A stretch of 64,000 nt of DNA, taken from the NCBI GenBank assembly GCA_049970055.1, contig JBMFNR010000001.1, forward strand, positions 384,001 to 448,000, written 5' to 3'. This stretch comes from Fervidobacterium sp. GTDB taxonomy: Bacteria; Thermotogota; Thermotogae; Thermotogales; Fervidobacteriaceae. The position numbers and the translations under genes were made by a program. Position 1 is the stretch's first letter. Each line of letters starts with the position of its first letter. The notes beneath the pieces are model-generated. The model was not told the origin of the DNA. It made no database searches and saw only the letters and a program-made list of their open reading frames with translations. Below, piece after piece: positions 39,674-50,205 of this stretch.

Positions 39674-41029
39674 TTACTCTCTAAAGAAAGTTAGATAGGC
39701 GATGAACAATAGTGCAAGGACCCATGTGAACCAGTGTACTTGCTTGCTTTTTCCAGAAAATGTTTTGACGATTGGATAGGTTATAATTCCAAGTGCTATA
39801 CCGTTAGCTATTGAGTAAGTGAATGGTATCATCGTAAGTGTGACGAAAGCCGGTACCGCATCAGTTACATCGTCCCATTTTATTGTCATAAGACTCTTAA
39901 TCATAAGAACTCCAACGAATATAAGAGCAGGTGCTGTTGCTGCTGATGGGATTGTCAGTGCTAAAGGTGAGAAAAATAGCATTAATACCATCATTATCGC
40001 TACAACAATCGCGGTTAAACCTGTTCTACCGCCTGCCGCAATACCAGTACTGCTCTCAATGTATGTCGTCACAGTTGATGTGCCGAACAACGAACCTATG
40101 ACCGTACCAACAGCATCAGCTAAATATGCTCTTTTGGCCCTTTCCAATTCACCGTTCTTCTTTGCAAAACCTGCGCTCTCTGCCAAACCTGTTAAAGTGC
40201 CAAGTGTATCAAAGAAATCAACAAAGAAGAACGTGCCAACCACGATCCAAAAGGCTCCAGAGAAGAGCGTTTGAGCATCAAATTGAATTTTCAAGAACGT
40301 AGGTGAAATATCTGGAATTTTACCGATTATACCTTGGTAATGAGTAACATTAAAAATTGGTAATGCACCTATTATTGTTGTTAAAAATATGCCAAGCAGT
40401 ATAGATCCTGGAATCTGGAGAGCAAACAAAACAACAGTTATGAAAAAACCAATTATTGCAAGTAACGTGTCCGGTTTGTTCAAATGACCAAGTGTAACTG
40501 CGGTGATTGGGTCTGGCATTACGATTCCTGCATTTTTAAGTCCTATCAACGCAATAAATAAACCGATACCAGCACCTGTTGCCGCTTTCACAGGTTGTGG
40601 AACAGCTGTTGCTACAAAACTTCTCGCTCCTGTAAGTGTAAGAATTATGAATATGATTCCTTCAATAAAAACAGCGGTAAGAGCTAGTTGCCATGGGATT
40701 CCAAGCTTGAGGCATACTGTGTACGTAAAGTAAGCGTTGAGTCCCATACCAGGTGCTAACGCAAATGGATAATTCGCAAAAAGCCCCATTATAAGCGTTG
40801 CTACTGCACTGCCCAATATAGTTGCCACCATGAAAGCACCGTAGTATGAGTTGTAAAGTGTTTGGTCAACAATTTTACCAACCTGATCAAATATCCCAGG
40901 AACTGCTTGAACCAGAATAGAAGGATTTACAAAGACGATGTAGGCCATCGTCAGAAAGGTTGTGATACCTGCAATAACTTCCTTGCGTACAGTTGAACCT
41001 GCTTGTGAGATGCCAAAATACCTGTCCAT
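39674..41029 (-). CDS. NCS2/AzgA-family purine permease
   Basis: AGITTFLTMAYI, ALAPGMGLNAYF, DFFDTLGTL, YIESSTG, GGRTGLT. Confidence 0.92.
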   Translation of the reverse strand: MDRYFGISQAGSTVRKEVIAGITTFLTMAYIVFVNPSILVQAVPGIFDQVGKIVDQTLYNSYYGAFMVATILGSAVATLIMGLFANYPFALAPGMGLNAYFTYTVCLKLGIPWQLALTAVFIEGIIFIILTLTGARSFVATAVPQPVKAATGAGIGLFIALIGLKNAGIVMPDPITAVTLGHLNKPDTLLAIIGFFITVVLFALQIPGSILLGIFLTTIIGALPIFNVTHYQGIIGKIPDISPTFLKIQFDAQTLFSGAFWIVVGTFFFVDFFDTLGTLTGLAESAGFAKKNGELERAKRAYLADAVGTVIGSLFGTSTVTTYIESSTGIAAGGRTGLTAIVVAIMMVLMLFFSPLALTIPSAATAPALIFVGVLMIKSLMTIKWDDVTDAVPAFVTLTMIPFTYSIANGIALGIITYPIVKTFSGKSKQVHWFTWVLALLFIAYLTFFRE

Positions 41030-41079
41030 AAACTCACTCCCCCACGAAAATGTTGTTAACATGATTTTTAGCATGTTTA

Positions 41080-41295
41080 TTATTTTAGTTTAATCTTTGT
41101 TTTGTTTTCGAACTCTACTACTATACCATCAACCACGATATGGTCTATATCTGTCCCCTCAACCATCTGTATTATCGCATCTTCGAGATCTTTCCTTTCT
41201 TTATTCAACTCCTTTATCGTTTCTTTTACTCTCAGATACCTTCTTACAAAATTTTCAAGCGTTTGAAGAAATTGCTCGTTTTGTGCGCTATCCAT
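41080..41295 (-). CDS. Small hypothetical coiled-coil protein
   Basis: 71-aa ORF with a GAGGA SD that fills the gap within a same-strand gene run. Confidence 0.65.
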   Translation of the reverse strand: MDSAQNEQFLQTLENFVRRYLRVKETIKELNKERKDLEDAIIQMVEGTDIDHIVVDGIVVEFENKTKIKLK

Positions 41296-41314
41296 AAAGG
41301 TCCTCCTCTTATAT

Positions 41315-42451
41315 TTATTTGCTTAGTGCTTCTGCAATTTTCTCTACAACTGTTTTAACTTCTTCGAATGTTAATTCAGGGAATATTGGCAGTGCAAGTG
41401 TCGTTTTGGATAACCTTTCTGAAACTGGAAAGTCTCCTTCCTTGTAACCAAATTGCGTAAAGCATTTTTGCAAGTGTAATGGCAACGGGTAATACACGGC
41501 GGTACCAATTTTATTTTCTTCAAGATACTTTCTTACCTTATCTCTTGTTTGTTCACTCTCGAATTCGACAACGTACTGGTGATACACATGTGATTTAAAG
41601 CCTTTTTCCTGAACTTTTGGAAATTTCACAGGTATGTTCTTTTCGATGAACAACCTTTGATATTCATTGGCTATCTGTATCCTTCTTTGAGTCCATTCAT
41701 CCAAGTACTTCAGCTTGATTGATAATATAGCAGCGTGTAATGCATCAAGTCTTGAGTTGTATCCAACTATCTCGTGAAAATACTTCTTTTTTGAACCATG
41801 CTGTCTCAGCATTCTTGACTTTTCAGCGAGCGTATCATCGTTTGTAACTATCATTCCGGCATCGCCGTAAGCACCGAGATTTTTTGTCGGGAAAAACGAA
41901 AAAATACCGATATCACCAGCTGTTCCAGATTTCAGGACTCTATCACCAATTTTCCCCTCACTTCCCACCGACTGTGCGGCATCCTCCAATATTTTAACAT
42001 GATATTTTTCTTTTAGAAAGTGCAAATGTTCAAAATCAACAGATCGACCAAACAAATGTACGGGAATTATAACATTGACATTTTCTTTTTTCAAAACATT
42101 CTCAACATGATTCAGATTGATGTTGTATGTTTCCTCATCGACATCAACAAAAACAGGTTCTCCGCCATTCCTTACAATACATGAGGCTGTTGCAAAGAAT
42201 GTATAAGGTGTGGTAATAACTTTTTCACCTCTTTCTATCTCCAAAGAGTGTAGTGCTATGACAAGTGCATCACTACCGTTAGCAACTCCGATTGCATGCT
42301 TTACACCAAGGTATTGAGCAAATTGCCTTTCAAAGTTCTCAACGTAAGGTCCAAGTATCACAGTGCCGTTAGAGAGTACCTCATCGACGACTTTTAAAAC
42401 TTCTTCTTTTATTTTTTGATACTGCCTTGTTAAGTCAAACAAAGGAATCAT
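41315..42451 (-). CDS. DegT/DnrJ/EryC1/StrS sugar aminotransferase
   Basis: NGSDAL, PVHLFG, EDAAQ, SFFPTKNLGAYGDAG, GYNSRLD. Confidence 0.93.
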   Translation of the reverse strand: MIPLFDLTRQYQKIKEEVLKVVDEVLSNGTVILGPYVENFERQFAQYLGVKHAIGVANGSDALVIALHSLEIERGEKVITTPYTFFATASCIVRNGGEPVFVDVDEETYNINLNHVENVLKKENVNVIIPVHLFGRSVDFEHLHFLKEKYHVKILEDAAQSVGSEGKIGDRVLKSGTAGDIGIFSFFPTKNLGAYGDAGMIVTNDDTLAEKSRMLRQHGSKKKYFHEIVGYNSRLDALHAAILSIKLKYLDEWTQRRIQIANEYQRLFIEKNIPVKFPKVQEKGFKSHVYHQYVVEFESEQTRDKVRKYLEENKIGTAVYYPLPLHLQKCFTQFGYKEGDFPVSERLSKTTLALPIFPELTFEEVKTVVEKIAEALSK

Positions 42452-42512
42452 AAGTAGTCCTCCCGCATATGATTTGATTTCAATTGCTATTTTTCAAAAT
42501 TACCATTCTAAC

Positions 42513-43694
42513 TTACCTGTAATTGATCGAACAATGCTCTTCCGAGAATACCAACCTTAAAAACTCAAACTTGCGGTAATTCACATAAACATCGTAACCA
42601 GGATTTTGACTTAAGAAATCTATAATTGGCATATTTTCGTATTTTTCGTATGTGAAATCCTTTGGTGCAGTTGTGAATTGCTCGATACCAACTCTTGGTT
42701 GTTTGAGTGGCTTAGTCAGTATTGTGTATGTTCCGACCTGTGTTTCAAATGCTTTAAAATACTCTCTCGCAAAAGGATAGTTCTTTTCATTGTAATGATA
42801 AAAACCGATGAATAACTTGAACTCTGGAGATTTTTCGAATTTTCGAATCGATTGGAAATCTAACTTGTACCCTGATAAATATTTTCTTGCAAGAAATATC
42901 AACTGACCAAAAGGGCACCAAGCTGGTGCGTTTACACTTTCACCCCTCATGTATGCTCTATGTACATTTAAACAAACGTTATTTTGAATCGGGATATCTT
43001 TTGTGTAATCTAAATACGCGTTCAGTAAAACTATCAAAGGCGCGAATTTGTTTTCTCTAATGGCTTTTGATACATTCTCTTCAGTAGCACTATCGATAAA
43101 TAAATTGTAAATAAGATTCCAAAATTCAGACTTTTTTGAGACTAGAGCGATTATTTTTTGCAAATTTTCTGCGCTACCTCGAATTAACTCTTTCTCAAGT
43201 AAGAGTATCAATGGATACGTTGATTCTGGGTAGCTTTTCAAAAAATTTATTGCATCTTGCGTTATGTCTTGCCCCATGTACAGCTGAGCTAAAAGCTTGT
43301 TGTAAATTGATTCGATTCCCTTGGCTTGCTCAAACAAATTTACTGCTCTTTTAAAATCGGCTTTCAGAAGACTTATCAAACCTTCAAATATAAACTTGTA
43401 GTTAATGTTCTTAGTTCTTTGGGCGAATATAGTCAGAGTTTTTGAGATAGTATCAATGCTTGCATCATAATCATTAGCATTGATATCGAAAAAGGTAAGA
43501 CTTTCGTCCTCTGAAATATGTGCTGTTGACACCATAGATTCTTTCAAACGCTTTACGGTTTCTTCGTCATACTTTGATTCCTTAGTTTCCTTCGGCTTTT
43601 CTTTGAGAAGTCCTTTCTTTTTTAAGTCTTCCTCAAGTTCCTTCTTCAGTCTTAATATTTTTTCCAGCTTATCTTTTTCGTCATTATCAAACAT
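42513..43694 (-). CDS. Hypothetical protein, possibly helical-repeat/TPR-like
   Basis: 393-aa ORF overlapping the radC end; charged N-terminal coil. Confidence 0.7.
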   Translation of the reverse strand: MFDNDEKDKLEKILRLKKELEEDLKKKGLLKEKPKETKESKYDEETVKRLKESMVSTAHISEDESLTFFDINANDYDASIDTISKTLTIFAQRTKNINYKFIFEGLISLLKADFKRAVNLFEQAKGIESIYNKLLAQLYMGQDITQDAINFLKSYPESTYPLILLLEKELIRGSAENLQKIIALVSKKSEFWNLIYNLFIDSATEENVSKAIRENKFAPLIVLLNAYLDYTKDIPIQNNVCLNVHRAYMRGESVNAPAWCPFGQLIFLARKYLSGYKLDFQSIRKFEKSPEFKLFIGFYHYNEKNYPFAREYFKAFETQVGTYTILTKPLKQPRVGIEQFTTAPKDFTYEKYENMPIIDFLSQNPGYDVYVNYRKFEFLRLVFSEEHCSINYR

Positions 43695-44364
43695 TCTCCC
43701 ACCCTATTTCCTTAAAATTTTGCCTCAAACTATTGTATGTTCTTCCAATTATTACATGATCAAATAGCACTATTCCTAGTAGCTCTCCCGCTTTCTTTAT
43801 GCGTTTTGTGATATCTATATCATCTTTACTTGGTGTCGGATCGCCAGATGGATGGTTATGAGCAATTATAATGCCAGAAGAATTTCTAATGAGGGCCTCG
43901 CGCAAGATATCCCTTGGATGAGCTATCGACGAATTTAGTGTACCTCGCGAGATATCCTTACTTCCAATGACTTTTAATCTTGAATCCAAAAAGATAACTC
44001 TCACCACTTCCTGGGGAAAAGCTTGCATATCTATGCAGTACTGAAAAACACTCTGCGGTGAGTTCAAAACAGGATCATTGTTAATTGTTTCCTCTTTTAC
44101 CAACCTTTTGGCAAGCTCAAGTGCTGCGAGCAAAGTGACGATTTTCACATCACCAAGTCCTTTGACTTTTCTGAAATCTTCTAGTGTAGCCCTTGACATT
44201 TTGTAAAGACTATTGTCAAAAAGCTCGAACAGTTCTTTGGAAACTTTTAAAACGTCTTTGGCCTTTGTCCCTGTTCTCAGTAGAATAGCTATCAACTCAT
44301 CGGTAGTTAAAGATTCACTACCATCTATCAGCAATTTTTCCCTCGGACCGTTGTTTAAACTCAT
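43687..44364 (-). CDS. radC: RadC (JAB domain) protein
   Basis: PREKL, ELIAILLRTG, HNHPSGDPTPSKDD, DHVIIG. Confidence 0.95.
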   Translation of the reverse strand: MSLNNGPREKLLIDGSESLTTDELIAILLRTGTKAKDVLKVSKELFELFDNSLYKMSRATLEDFRKVKGLGDVKIVTLLAALELAKRLVKEETINNDPVLNSPQSVFQYCIDMQAFPQEVVRVIFLDSRLKVIGSKDISRGTLNSSIAHPRDILREALIRNSSGIIIAHNHPSGDPTPSKDDIDITKRIKKAGELLGIVLFDHVIIGRTYNSLRQNFKEIGWENV

Positions 44365-44920
44365 TTTTTCCGACTAACCCCCTATCAAATAAAATCCCCC
44401 ACAGCCTGGGAATTGGTAATCCCACGACGTTTGTGTAATCTCCGATAATCTTTTCAACAAATACACCACCTAAACCTTGTATACCATACGCCCCAGCTTT
44501 ATCTAGTGGTTCCCCTGTAGACACATAGTAGTCTATTTCACTTTCTTTTAACTTTCTAAATTTTACCTTCGTCATTTCGTAAAAAGTTATTTCTTCATTT
44601 CCTATTTTAAGACATACACCTGTAAACACCTTGTGCCACTTTCCAGAAAGTTCTCTCAGCATCATTTTAGCATCTTTTTCATCTTTTGGTTTAGTCATAA
44701 CCCTTCCACAGAACCAAACAACTGTATCAGCTGCTATTATTATATCATTTTCTCTATGATTTATAGTGTTGGCTTTCATTATCGCTAACTTGACAACTAG
44801 TTTCTCTGGTTTCTTGCATTTTACTTCTTCGCTTATGTTTGGAGGTACGGTAATAAATTCCAGATTTAACTTTCTTAACAGTTCGACTCTTCTTGGAGAA
44901 GATGATGCAAGTATTAACAA
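44318..44920 (-). CDS. maf: Maf nucleotide pyrophosphatase
   Basis: LILASSSPRR, ADTVV, KP, DKAGAYGIQ, NVVGLP. Confidence 0.95.
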   Translation of the reverse strand: MLILASSSPRRVELLRKLNLEFITVPPNISEEVKCKKPEKLVVKLAIMKANTINHRENDIIIAADTVVWFCGRVMTKPKDEKDAKMMLRELSGKWHKVFTGVCLKIGNEEITFYEMTKVKFRKLKESEIDYYVSTGEPLDKAGAYGIQGLGGVFVEKIIGDYTNVVGLPIPRLWGILFDRGLVGKNEFKQRSEGKIADRW

Positions 44921-44957
44921 ATTGAATTTCCCTCCTCAAATTTTTCCTTAAATTTCA

Positions 44958-45893
44958 CTAAATGTTGAGCTCGTACCAGATGTTTTTAACTTCTATGTTG
45001 TAATCTTTGAATCTATCCATAGAACAAACGACTCCGTTGTACCCCTTAGCAAGCGATATTATCAGTTCATCGGCTGGTGAGTGGTAATAAGTTTTTTTGT
45101 AGTTGAAATATCTTGTTTGGAATTTGTACTTTGCATTTTCGTCGAAAACTATGTAAAAAGGAAAGTAAACTTTATCGAGCTTAGATATGTACTCAAGTAA
45201 TACATCAATTTTCTCAGGTCCTCTAAGGTGTTTTGACATCAATATATTATTTCCGTCTATAATTACAGGCATAGTCCTAGCATCGGCAGTAAGTACTTTC
45301 CAAACATAAGGATGTATCTTAGATTTTACTTTATTTTTCTCGATAGGACTTAAATAATGGGCGAAATCTTTTATCCAAAGATGTTCTTCTAATGTTTCCG
45401 GTTTCACCAAAAGTATCTTTTCAAAGATGTCTTTTATAAATGTGTCGTTTTGTGCACTTTCCAAAGCGTAAAGCTGCATGAAGTTTTCCAACTTATGTTC
45501 TTTCAACTTATTTCTCTGCGAGATTAAAAATTGTTTGTAACTTTTTACCTCGCCACTTGGGAAAGGAAAAGAAGAAGGTTTTACCCAAAAAAGAATTTCG
45601 AATAAAACGTATCTTGAAAGCTTATTTTTTTCAAATTCTACGATTTTGTTCTCTATACTTTCGTTTATGTTAAACAAACTATGAAGTAGAAAAGAAAAAG
45701 CAAAAGGATTGATTTTATTCAATCCTTCCTTTTCCGGTCGCTCGAAATTTCTTACAAGTACCAGGATTTTTTGCTTATTTACTTTTTTGTAATCTCTTAA
45801 AACATCTAATATCACTTTTCGCTTGATCTCGAGATTTTTAAGTCGCTCAACGTACTCTTGACTGTAAATATCAGTCTTCTCAAATTTTGCCAC
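44958..45893 (-). CDS. Protein with a C-terminal PIN/NYN (Zc3h12a-like) ribonuclease domain
   Basis: PVIIDGNNI, VFD, ADELII, GVVCSMDRFKDY. Confidence 0.65.
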   Translation of the reverse strand: MAKFEKTDIYSQEYVERLKNLEIKRKVILDVLRDYKKVNKQKILVLVRNFERPEKEGLNKINPFAFSFLLHSLFNINESIENKIVEFEKNKLSRYVLFEILFWVKPSSFPFPSGEVKSYKQFLISQRNKLKEHKLENFMQLYALESAQNDTFIKDIFEKILLVKPETLEEHLWIKDFAHYLSPIEKNKVKSKIHPYVWKVLTADARTMPVIIDGNNILMSKHLRGPEKIDVLLEYISKLDKVYFPFYIVFDENAKYKFQTRYFNYKKTYYHSPADELIISLAKGYNGVVCSMDRFKDYNIEVKNIWYELNI

Positions 45894-45902
45894 GATTGCC
45901 TC

Positions 45903-46505
45903 CTAGAGTTTGAAGAAAGGATTTATTTCAAATAGCCTTTTTAATGACACTATTTCACCATGCCCTGGGCAAATTTTTGATTCACGAGGTAGATTTTTAA
46001 AATATTCTCTGAGATTTCTAATCACTTTTTTCATTTCTTCGCGCATGCGTATAGCAAGATCTTTGTCCAAGTACAGATCGACTCGCCCAATGGTATTAGA
46101 AAAAACTACATCTCCTGTGAAGATGTGGCCCTCGATTAATATTATCCTGGAACCAAGGGTATGCCCTGGAGCCACTATTGTGGTAAAGTACTCATCTATA
46201 TTATACCACTCAACATCTACACTGAAAAGTTCATCGAAAAAAAGCGACAAATTCAGCGAAGGGGTTTTCAAGTTTTCACTATCCTCAGGAGAGATGAATA
46301 TCTTTCCGACATTCAGCTCCAAAATACCAGCTATATGGTCATAATGTCCATGAGTTATCAAGACGTTGTACTTTTTATTCGAGTCCAAATACATTCCTAT
46401 ACCTTTACCAGGATCAACGACGTAATCAACGCCGTCGATGGTAAGGTAGTAACTATTTGTTTCGAGTTTGCCTGATGTTTTGAAAACTTGGAAATTACTT
46501 ACCAT
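45903..46505 (-). CDS. MBL-fold metallohydrolase (glyoxalase II-like)
   Basis: THGHYDH, PGHT, GD, PGHG. Confidence 0.9.
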   Translation of the reverse strand: MVSNFQVFKTSGKLETNSYYLTIDGVDYVVDPGKGIGMYLDSNKKYNVLITHGHYDHIAGILELNVGKIFISPEDSENLKTPSLNLSLFFDELFSVDVEWYNIDEYFTTIVAPGHTLGSRIILIEGHIFTGDVVFSNTIGRVDLYLDKDLAIRMREEMKKVIRNLREYFKNLPRESKICPGHGEIVSLKRLFEINPFFKL

Positions 46506-46530
46506 CAGTTTTTCCCTTCTTTTGGTAAAA

Positions 46531-47676
46531 TTAACGAAGCAAAAGATTATACAAAAAATTCGCACTAAAGCCCGCTACGATTCCCCCAATAGTGTGAGAT
46601 AGGATAGCTTTGCTTGTAAGGTATCTATAACCAAGCGCATCCATCATACCAACGTGTGTACTTAGATACCCACTCCAAGTCATGCCTATTGCAGTAAATA
46701 CCGCTATATCACTTGGTTTTACAAGGCCGTGAGCCATAAATTTTGGTACCAGTGCAAGTGCCGCTCCAGTAGAACCAAGACACGTAATAGGGAATGCAAC
46801 AAGTTGTGGATAATCAAACCCAAACAAAATTTTCAAGGGCCAGAACAAATACTTTCCAATCTTGTCAAAAAGTGCAATTCCTTCGTATGGAAGGCCTTGG
46901 TATCCAGTAGTAAGATCCTTTGGACCAAATGTGAGCATCATTACCAAAGTGCTGATTACAAGTACACCTGGTATGATACTAATACCAATGTCAACACCCA
47001 TTTTTCCACCATCGAGTATAGCTTCAAGAAATCTTTCAAAAGCATTGCCTTCCCTAATTTCCCGGTATCTCAAATTCATGTGCTCAACCTCTTTCTGGAC
47101 ATTCCCTAACCTTTTTTTCGTCCAAATAGAGAATAGTCTCACACTCACAATGCTACCTATAACTGTTGCGATGTTACCAATAATAACAGCGGGTACCAAA
47201 TTAACACCTGCTCTTCCACCCTGAGCTATGAAAAACGTGGATACAATCATCCCCATTCCAAATGCCGTTCCAAGGTTACAAAGCAAAGGCTCCTGCCACT
47301 TTTCAAAGTGCGAGATAAAAGACTTATCTTTTGCCAAGGATATTATCGCTGGATTATCTGAAAAATATGTTGAAAGAATACCAATTGCCGCAATTCCTGG
47401 GAGGTTGTAAAGTGGTTTCATCAACTTATCAAGAACTAGATGTATCCAGTGAACTATTCCAAATTCATTCAAAAGTGAGGCGAACGCACCAGTTAAAACC
47501 GCTACTGCCATGATGAAAAACACAGTATTCAAAAGCAAATCGTGTGCGGTAGCCATCAATGTTTTGAAAAAATTGGCACTTCCCATCGTTCCAATAAAAA
47601 TCCAGAAAAACAAAATGACAAAAACCAGAAAAACGAAAGATTCTAAAGAAAATAAAGGTTTCCTTTCCACACACAC
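46531..47676 (-). CDS. Multi-pass membrane protein, putative transporter (gate-domain-like)
   Basis: 381 aa, very hydrophobic, two-lobed; family not firmly assigned. Confidence 0.65.
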   Translation of the reverse strand: MCVERKPLFSLESFVFLVFVILFFWIFIGTMGSANFFKTLMATAHDLLLNTVFFIMAVAVLTGAFASLLNEFGIVHWIHLVLDKLMKPLYNLPGIAAIGILSTYFSDNPAIISLAKDKSFISHFEKWQEPLLCNLGTAFGMGMIVSTFFIAQGGRAGVNLVPAVIIGNIATVIGSIVSVRLFSIWTKKRLGNVQKEVEHMNLRYREIREGNAFERFLEAILDGGKMGVDIGISIIPGVLVISTLVMMLTFGPKDLTTGYQGLPYEGIALFDKIGKYLFWPLKILFGFDYPQLVAFPITCLGSTGAALALVPKFMAHGLVKPSDIAVFTAIGMTWSGYLSTHVGMMDALGYRYLTSKAILSHTIGGIVAGFSANFLYNLLLR

Positions 47677-47725
47677 TCTCCCCTTCCTATGCTGATGTTT
47701 TCCTGTATTTCAAGTGTTAGTTTAC

Positions 47726-47761
47726 CATTAGCCTGTCATTAGTCTATCATTAATCTATCAT
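47726..47761 (+). repeat. Degenerate 11-bp-period direct repeats
   Basis: CATTAGCCTGT CATTAGTCTAT CATTAATCTAT CAT. Confidence 0.7.
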
Positions 47762-47808
47762 CACAGGTTACTAAGGTCAAAGGCACAGTAATTCAAAAAA
47801 ATAGATTT

Positions 47809-47837
47809 TTGATTTGAAAATACTTTGATGGTATAAT
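47809..47837 (+). promoter_or_regulatory. Housekeeping sigma promoter of rnr
   Basis: TTGATT-17 bp-TATAAT with an extended -10 TG. Confidence 0.6.
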
Positions 47838-47935
47838 AATCTATGTGATTTGTATGTATATTGTCCATTTCTTGAAATTACCAAAACTTTGAAGAACGTG
47901 ATGGAGTTTGCCAACTTGAATGAGGAGGAATTTAT

Positions 47936-50179
47936 ATGCCAAAAAAAACGGAATTAAGAAAGTTATTTAAACAACCAGACTATTCTCCCATGACTTTCAA
48001 AGAATTATGCAGATTCTTTGGAGTAAGTGATCAAAAGGGGAAGGAACTTTTAAAAAGGCAACTTGATGAGCTAGTGCACTCCGGATACATTTTCAAATCA
48101 GATGATGGAAGATATCAGCTTTCCAAGGGTAATCTTTTAGTCGGTATAATTGAATTTACAAGAAGTGGTAATATCGCATTTGTTTTAACAGACAGCGGAG
48201 AAGAAATAGCAATACCTATCGAGAAAACAAATTTAGCCATGCATAAAGATAAAGTGCAGGTACAAGTCATCGGAAAGTGGTACGAGCTACCTGAAGGCAG
48301 GGTAGTTAAAATACTCGAAAGAGGCATAAAAAGGTTTGTTGGAGTATTTGAAACACGTGGGCAATTTGCATTCGTAATACCCGATGATCCAAAATTACCT
48401 TACGAGTTCAAAGTACCAATAGAAGAAATAAATGGTGCAAAACCAGGGATGAAGATTGTTGCTGAGATAACAAAGTATCCGTCTATCAAACGATCACCTG
48501 AAGCAAGGGTTGTTGAAGTACTTGGTAGAGTCGAGGATCCAGCGACAGATTTTCCAACAGTTGTTGTAAAACATGACCTTCCGGTTCAATTTCCTGATGA
48601 AGTGATGGAAGAAGTTGCAAAACTTCCGGATAAAGTATTACCCGAGGACTTAGAGGGAAGATGGGATTTCAGAAATGAAATTATTGTAACGATAGATGGG
48701 GCTGATGCGAAAGACTTCGATGATGCGGTGCAAGTCAAAAAGCTTCCAAATGGGAATTACTTACTTGGCGTTCACATAGCCGATGTTTCCCATTACGTAA
48801 AACCAAACACGGCATTAGACAAAGAAGCATTCAACAGAGCAACAAGCATTTACCTTGCAGATAGAGTGATACCTATGTTACCATTCAAGCTTTCCAACGG
48901 TTTGTGCAGTCTTGTACAAGGCGAAGATAGATTAGTCATGTCTCTTTTAATGGAAATTGATGAAAAAGGTGAAGTTGTCAATTACAAAGTGGGTAAGGGT
49001 GTGATAAAAAGTTACAGACGTCTTGTCTACGACGATGTAAATGCGTTCTTGGAAGGTAGTCCTGAAGGAGCCAAGCTCAAGGACCTTTCCGAACATATTT
49101 ACCTGATGAAAGAATTGAAAGATATCCTCAGGGAAAATAGAAGACGTAGAGGTGCAATTTTGGATATCGAAGGTGATGAAATCAAAATTATTCTCGACGA
49201 CAAAGGCCATGCAATAGACATTATTCCCAGAAAACGCGGTGAGTCAGAAGTTATCATAGAAGAATTCATGATAAAAGCGAACGAAACAGTTGCGGAAATA
49301 TTTCACAACGCAGATATTCCTTTTATCTACAGGATCCACGAAGAACCTGATTTTGATACGCTCTTTCAACTGAAAAACTACCTCAGTGCCATCGGTATAA
49401 ACATGAAATTGCCTCAGCAGATTCATCCAAAAATCTTGCAAGAATTACTTGAAAAAACAAAAGATCACCCGCTAAGAAGTAGCATTCAAAGACTGCTTGT
49501 TAGATCAATGAAGCGTGCCATTTACTCCCCGAGTAACGTGGGACATTTTGGACTTGCATCGGAAGCTTATACACATTTCACATCACCTATAAGGAGATAT
49601 CCCGATCTTATCGTTCACAGACTTTTAAAGTTGTATCTTGAAACCGGTGGAAAGCTTTCGAAAAAGGAAATTAGGTCCCTTGAGAGATACCTTGAAAAAG
49701 CCTCTGTGCATTGTAGTAAGAGAGAGCGAGTTGCTGATGAGGCTGAATGGGATTACGAAGCGTTAAAGAAAATAGATTATATCTCTCGACACATAGGAGA
49801 GATATACAAAGTTGTTGTGATTTCTGTTGCAAAATTCGGACTATTTGTGGAAATCCCAGAAAAATACATCTCAGGTCTCATACACATCTCCACATTGGAC
49901 GACTATTACTTCTACGATGAACAAAAGAGCATACTTACTGGTAAACACACTGGAAAAATCTATCGTATTGGAGATACCCTGTACGCAAAAGTGGTCAAGG
50001 CGGACAAAATCAGAATGGAGATAGACTTTGTCGAAGCTTCACCTGATGAAGTCGAAAAGGTTGAAAACGTACTTGAAAAAGTAAGCAATAAATCCAAAAA
50101 GAGCAAGGGAAGTTCGAAAAGATCTAGAAACAAAAATAATAGTTCTAAAGAAAGAAAACAAAAAAATAAGAGAAAATAA
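47936..50179 (+). CDS. rnr: Ribonuclease R
   Basis: [37 protein letters not shown]1 domain and basic tail. Confidence 0.96.
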   Translation: MPKKTELRKLFKQPDYSPMTFKELCRFFGVSDQKGKELLKRQLDELVHSGYIFKSDDGRYQLSKGNLLVGIIEFTRSGNIAFVLTDSGEEIAIPIEKTNLAMHKDKVQVQVIGKWYELPEGRVVKILERGIKRFVGVFETRGQFAFVIPDDPKLPYEFKVPIEEINGAKPGMKIVAEITKYPSIKRSPEARVVEVLGRVEDPATDFPTVVVKHDLPVQFPDEVMEEVAKLPDKVLPEDLEGRWDFRNEIIVTIDGADAKDFDDAVQVKKLPNGNYLLGVHIADVSHYVKPNTALDKEAFNRATSIYLADRVIPMLPFKLSNGLCSLVQGEDRLVMSLLMEIDEKGEVVNYKVGKGVIKSYRRLVYDDVNAFLEGSPEGAKLKDLSEHIYLMKELKDILRENRRRRGAILDIEGDEIKIILDDKGHAIDIIPRKRGESEVIIEEFMIKANETVAEIFHNADIPFIYRIHEEPDFDTLFQLKNYLSAIGINMKLPQQIHPKILQELLEKTKDHPLRSSIQRLLVRSMKRAIYSPSNVGHFGLASEAYTHFTSPIRRYPDLIVHRLLKLYLETGGKLSKKEIRSLERYLEKASVHCSKRERVADEAEWDYEALKKIDYISRHIGEIYKVVVISVAKFGLFVEIPEKYISGLIHISTLDDYYFYDEQKSILTGKHTGKIYRIGDTLYAKVVKADKIRMEIDFVEASPDEVEKVENVLEKVSNKSKKSKGSSKRSRNKNNSSKERKQKNKRK

Positions 50180-50205
50180 AAAATTACATCTTTGAGGTGG
50201 GAATT

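Noticed and set aside
41030..41079. Purine riboswitch upstream of the NCS2 permease
   Set aside because: Only 50 nt are available and no aptamer core or terminator is visible.
43687..44364. radC as a marker of a mobile or anti-defence element
   Set aside because: It is the full-length form in the usual chromosomal maf-radC context.
50080..50179. Lys/Arg-rich low-complexity stretch
   Set aside because: This is the normal basic C-terminal tail of RNase R.
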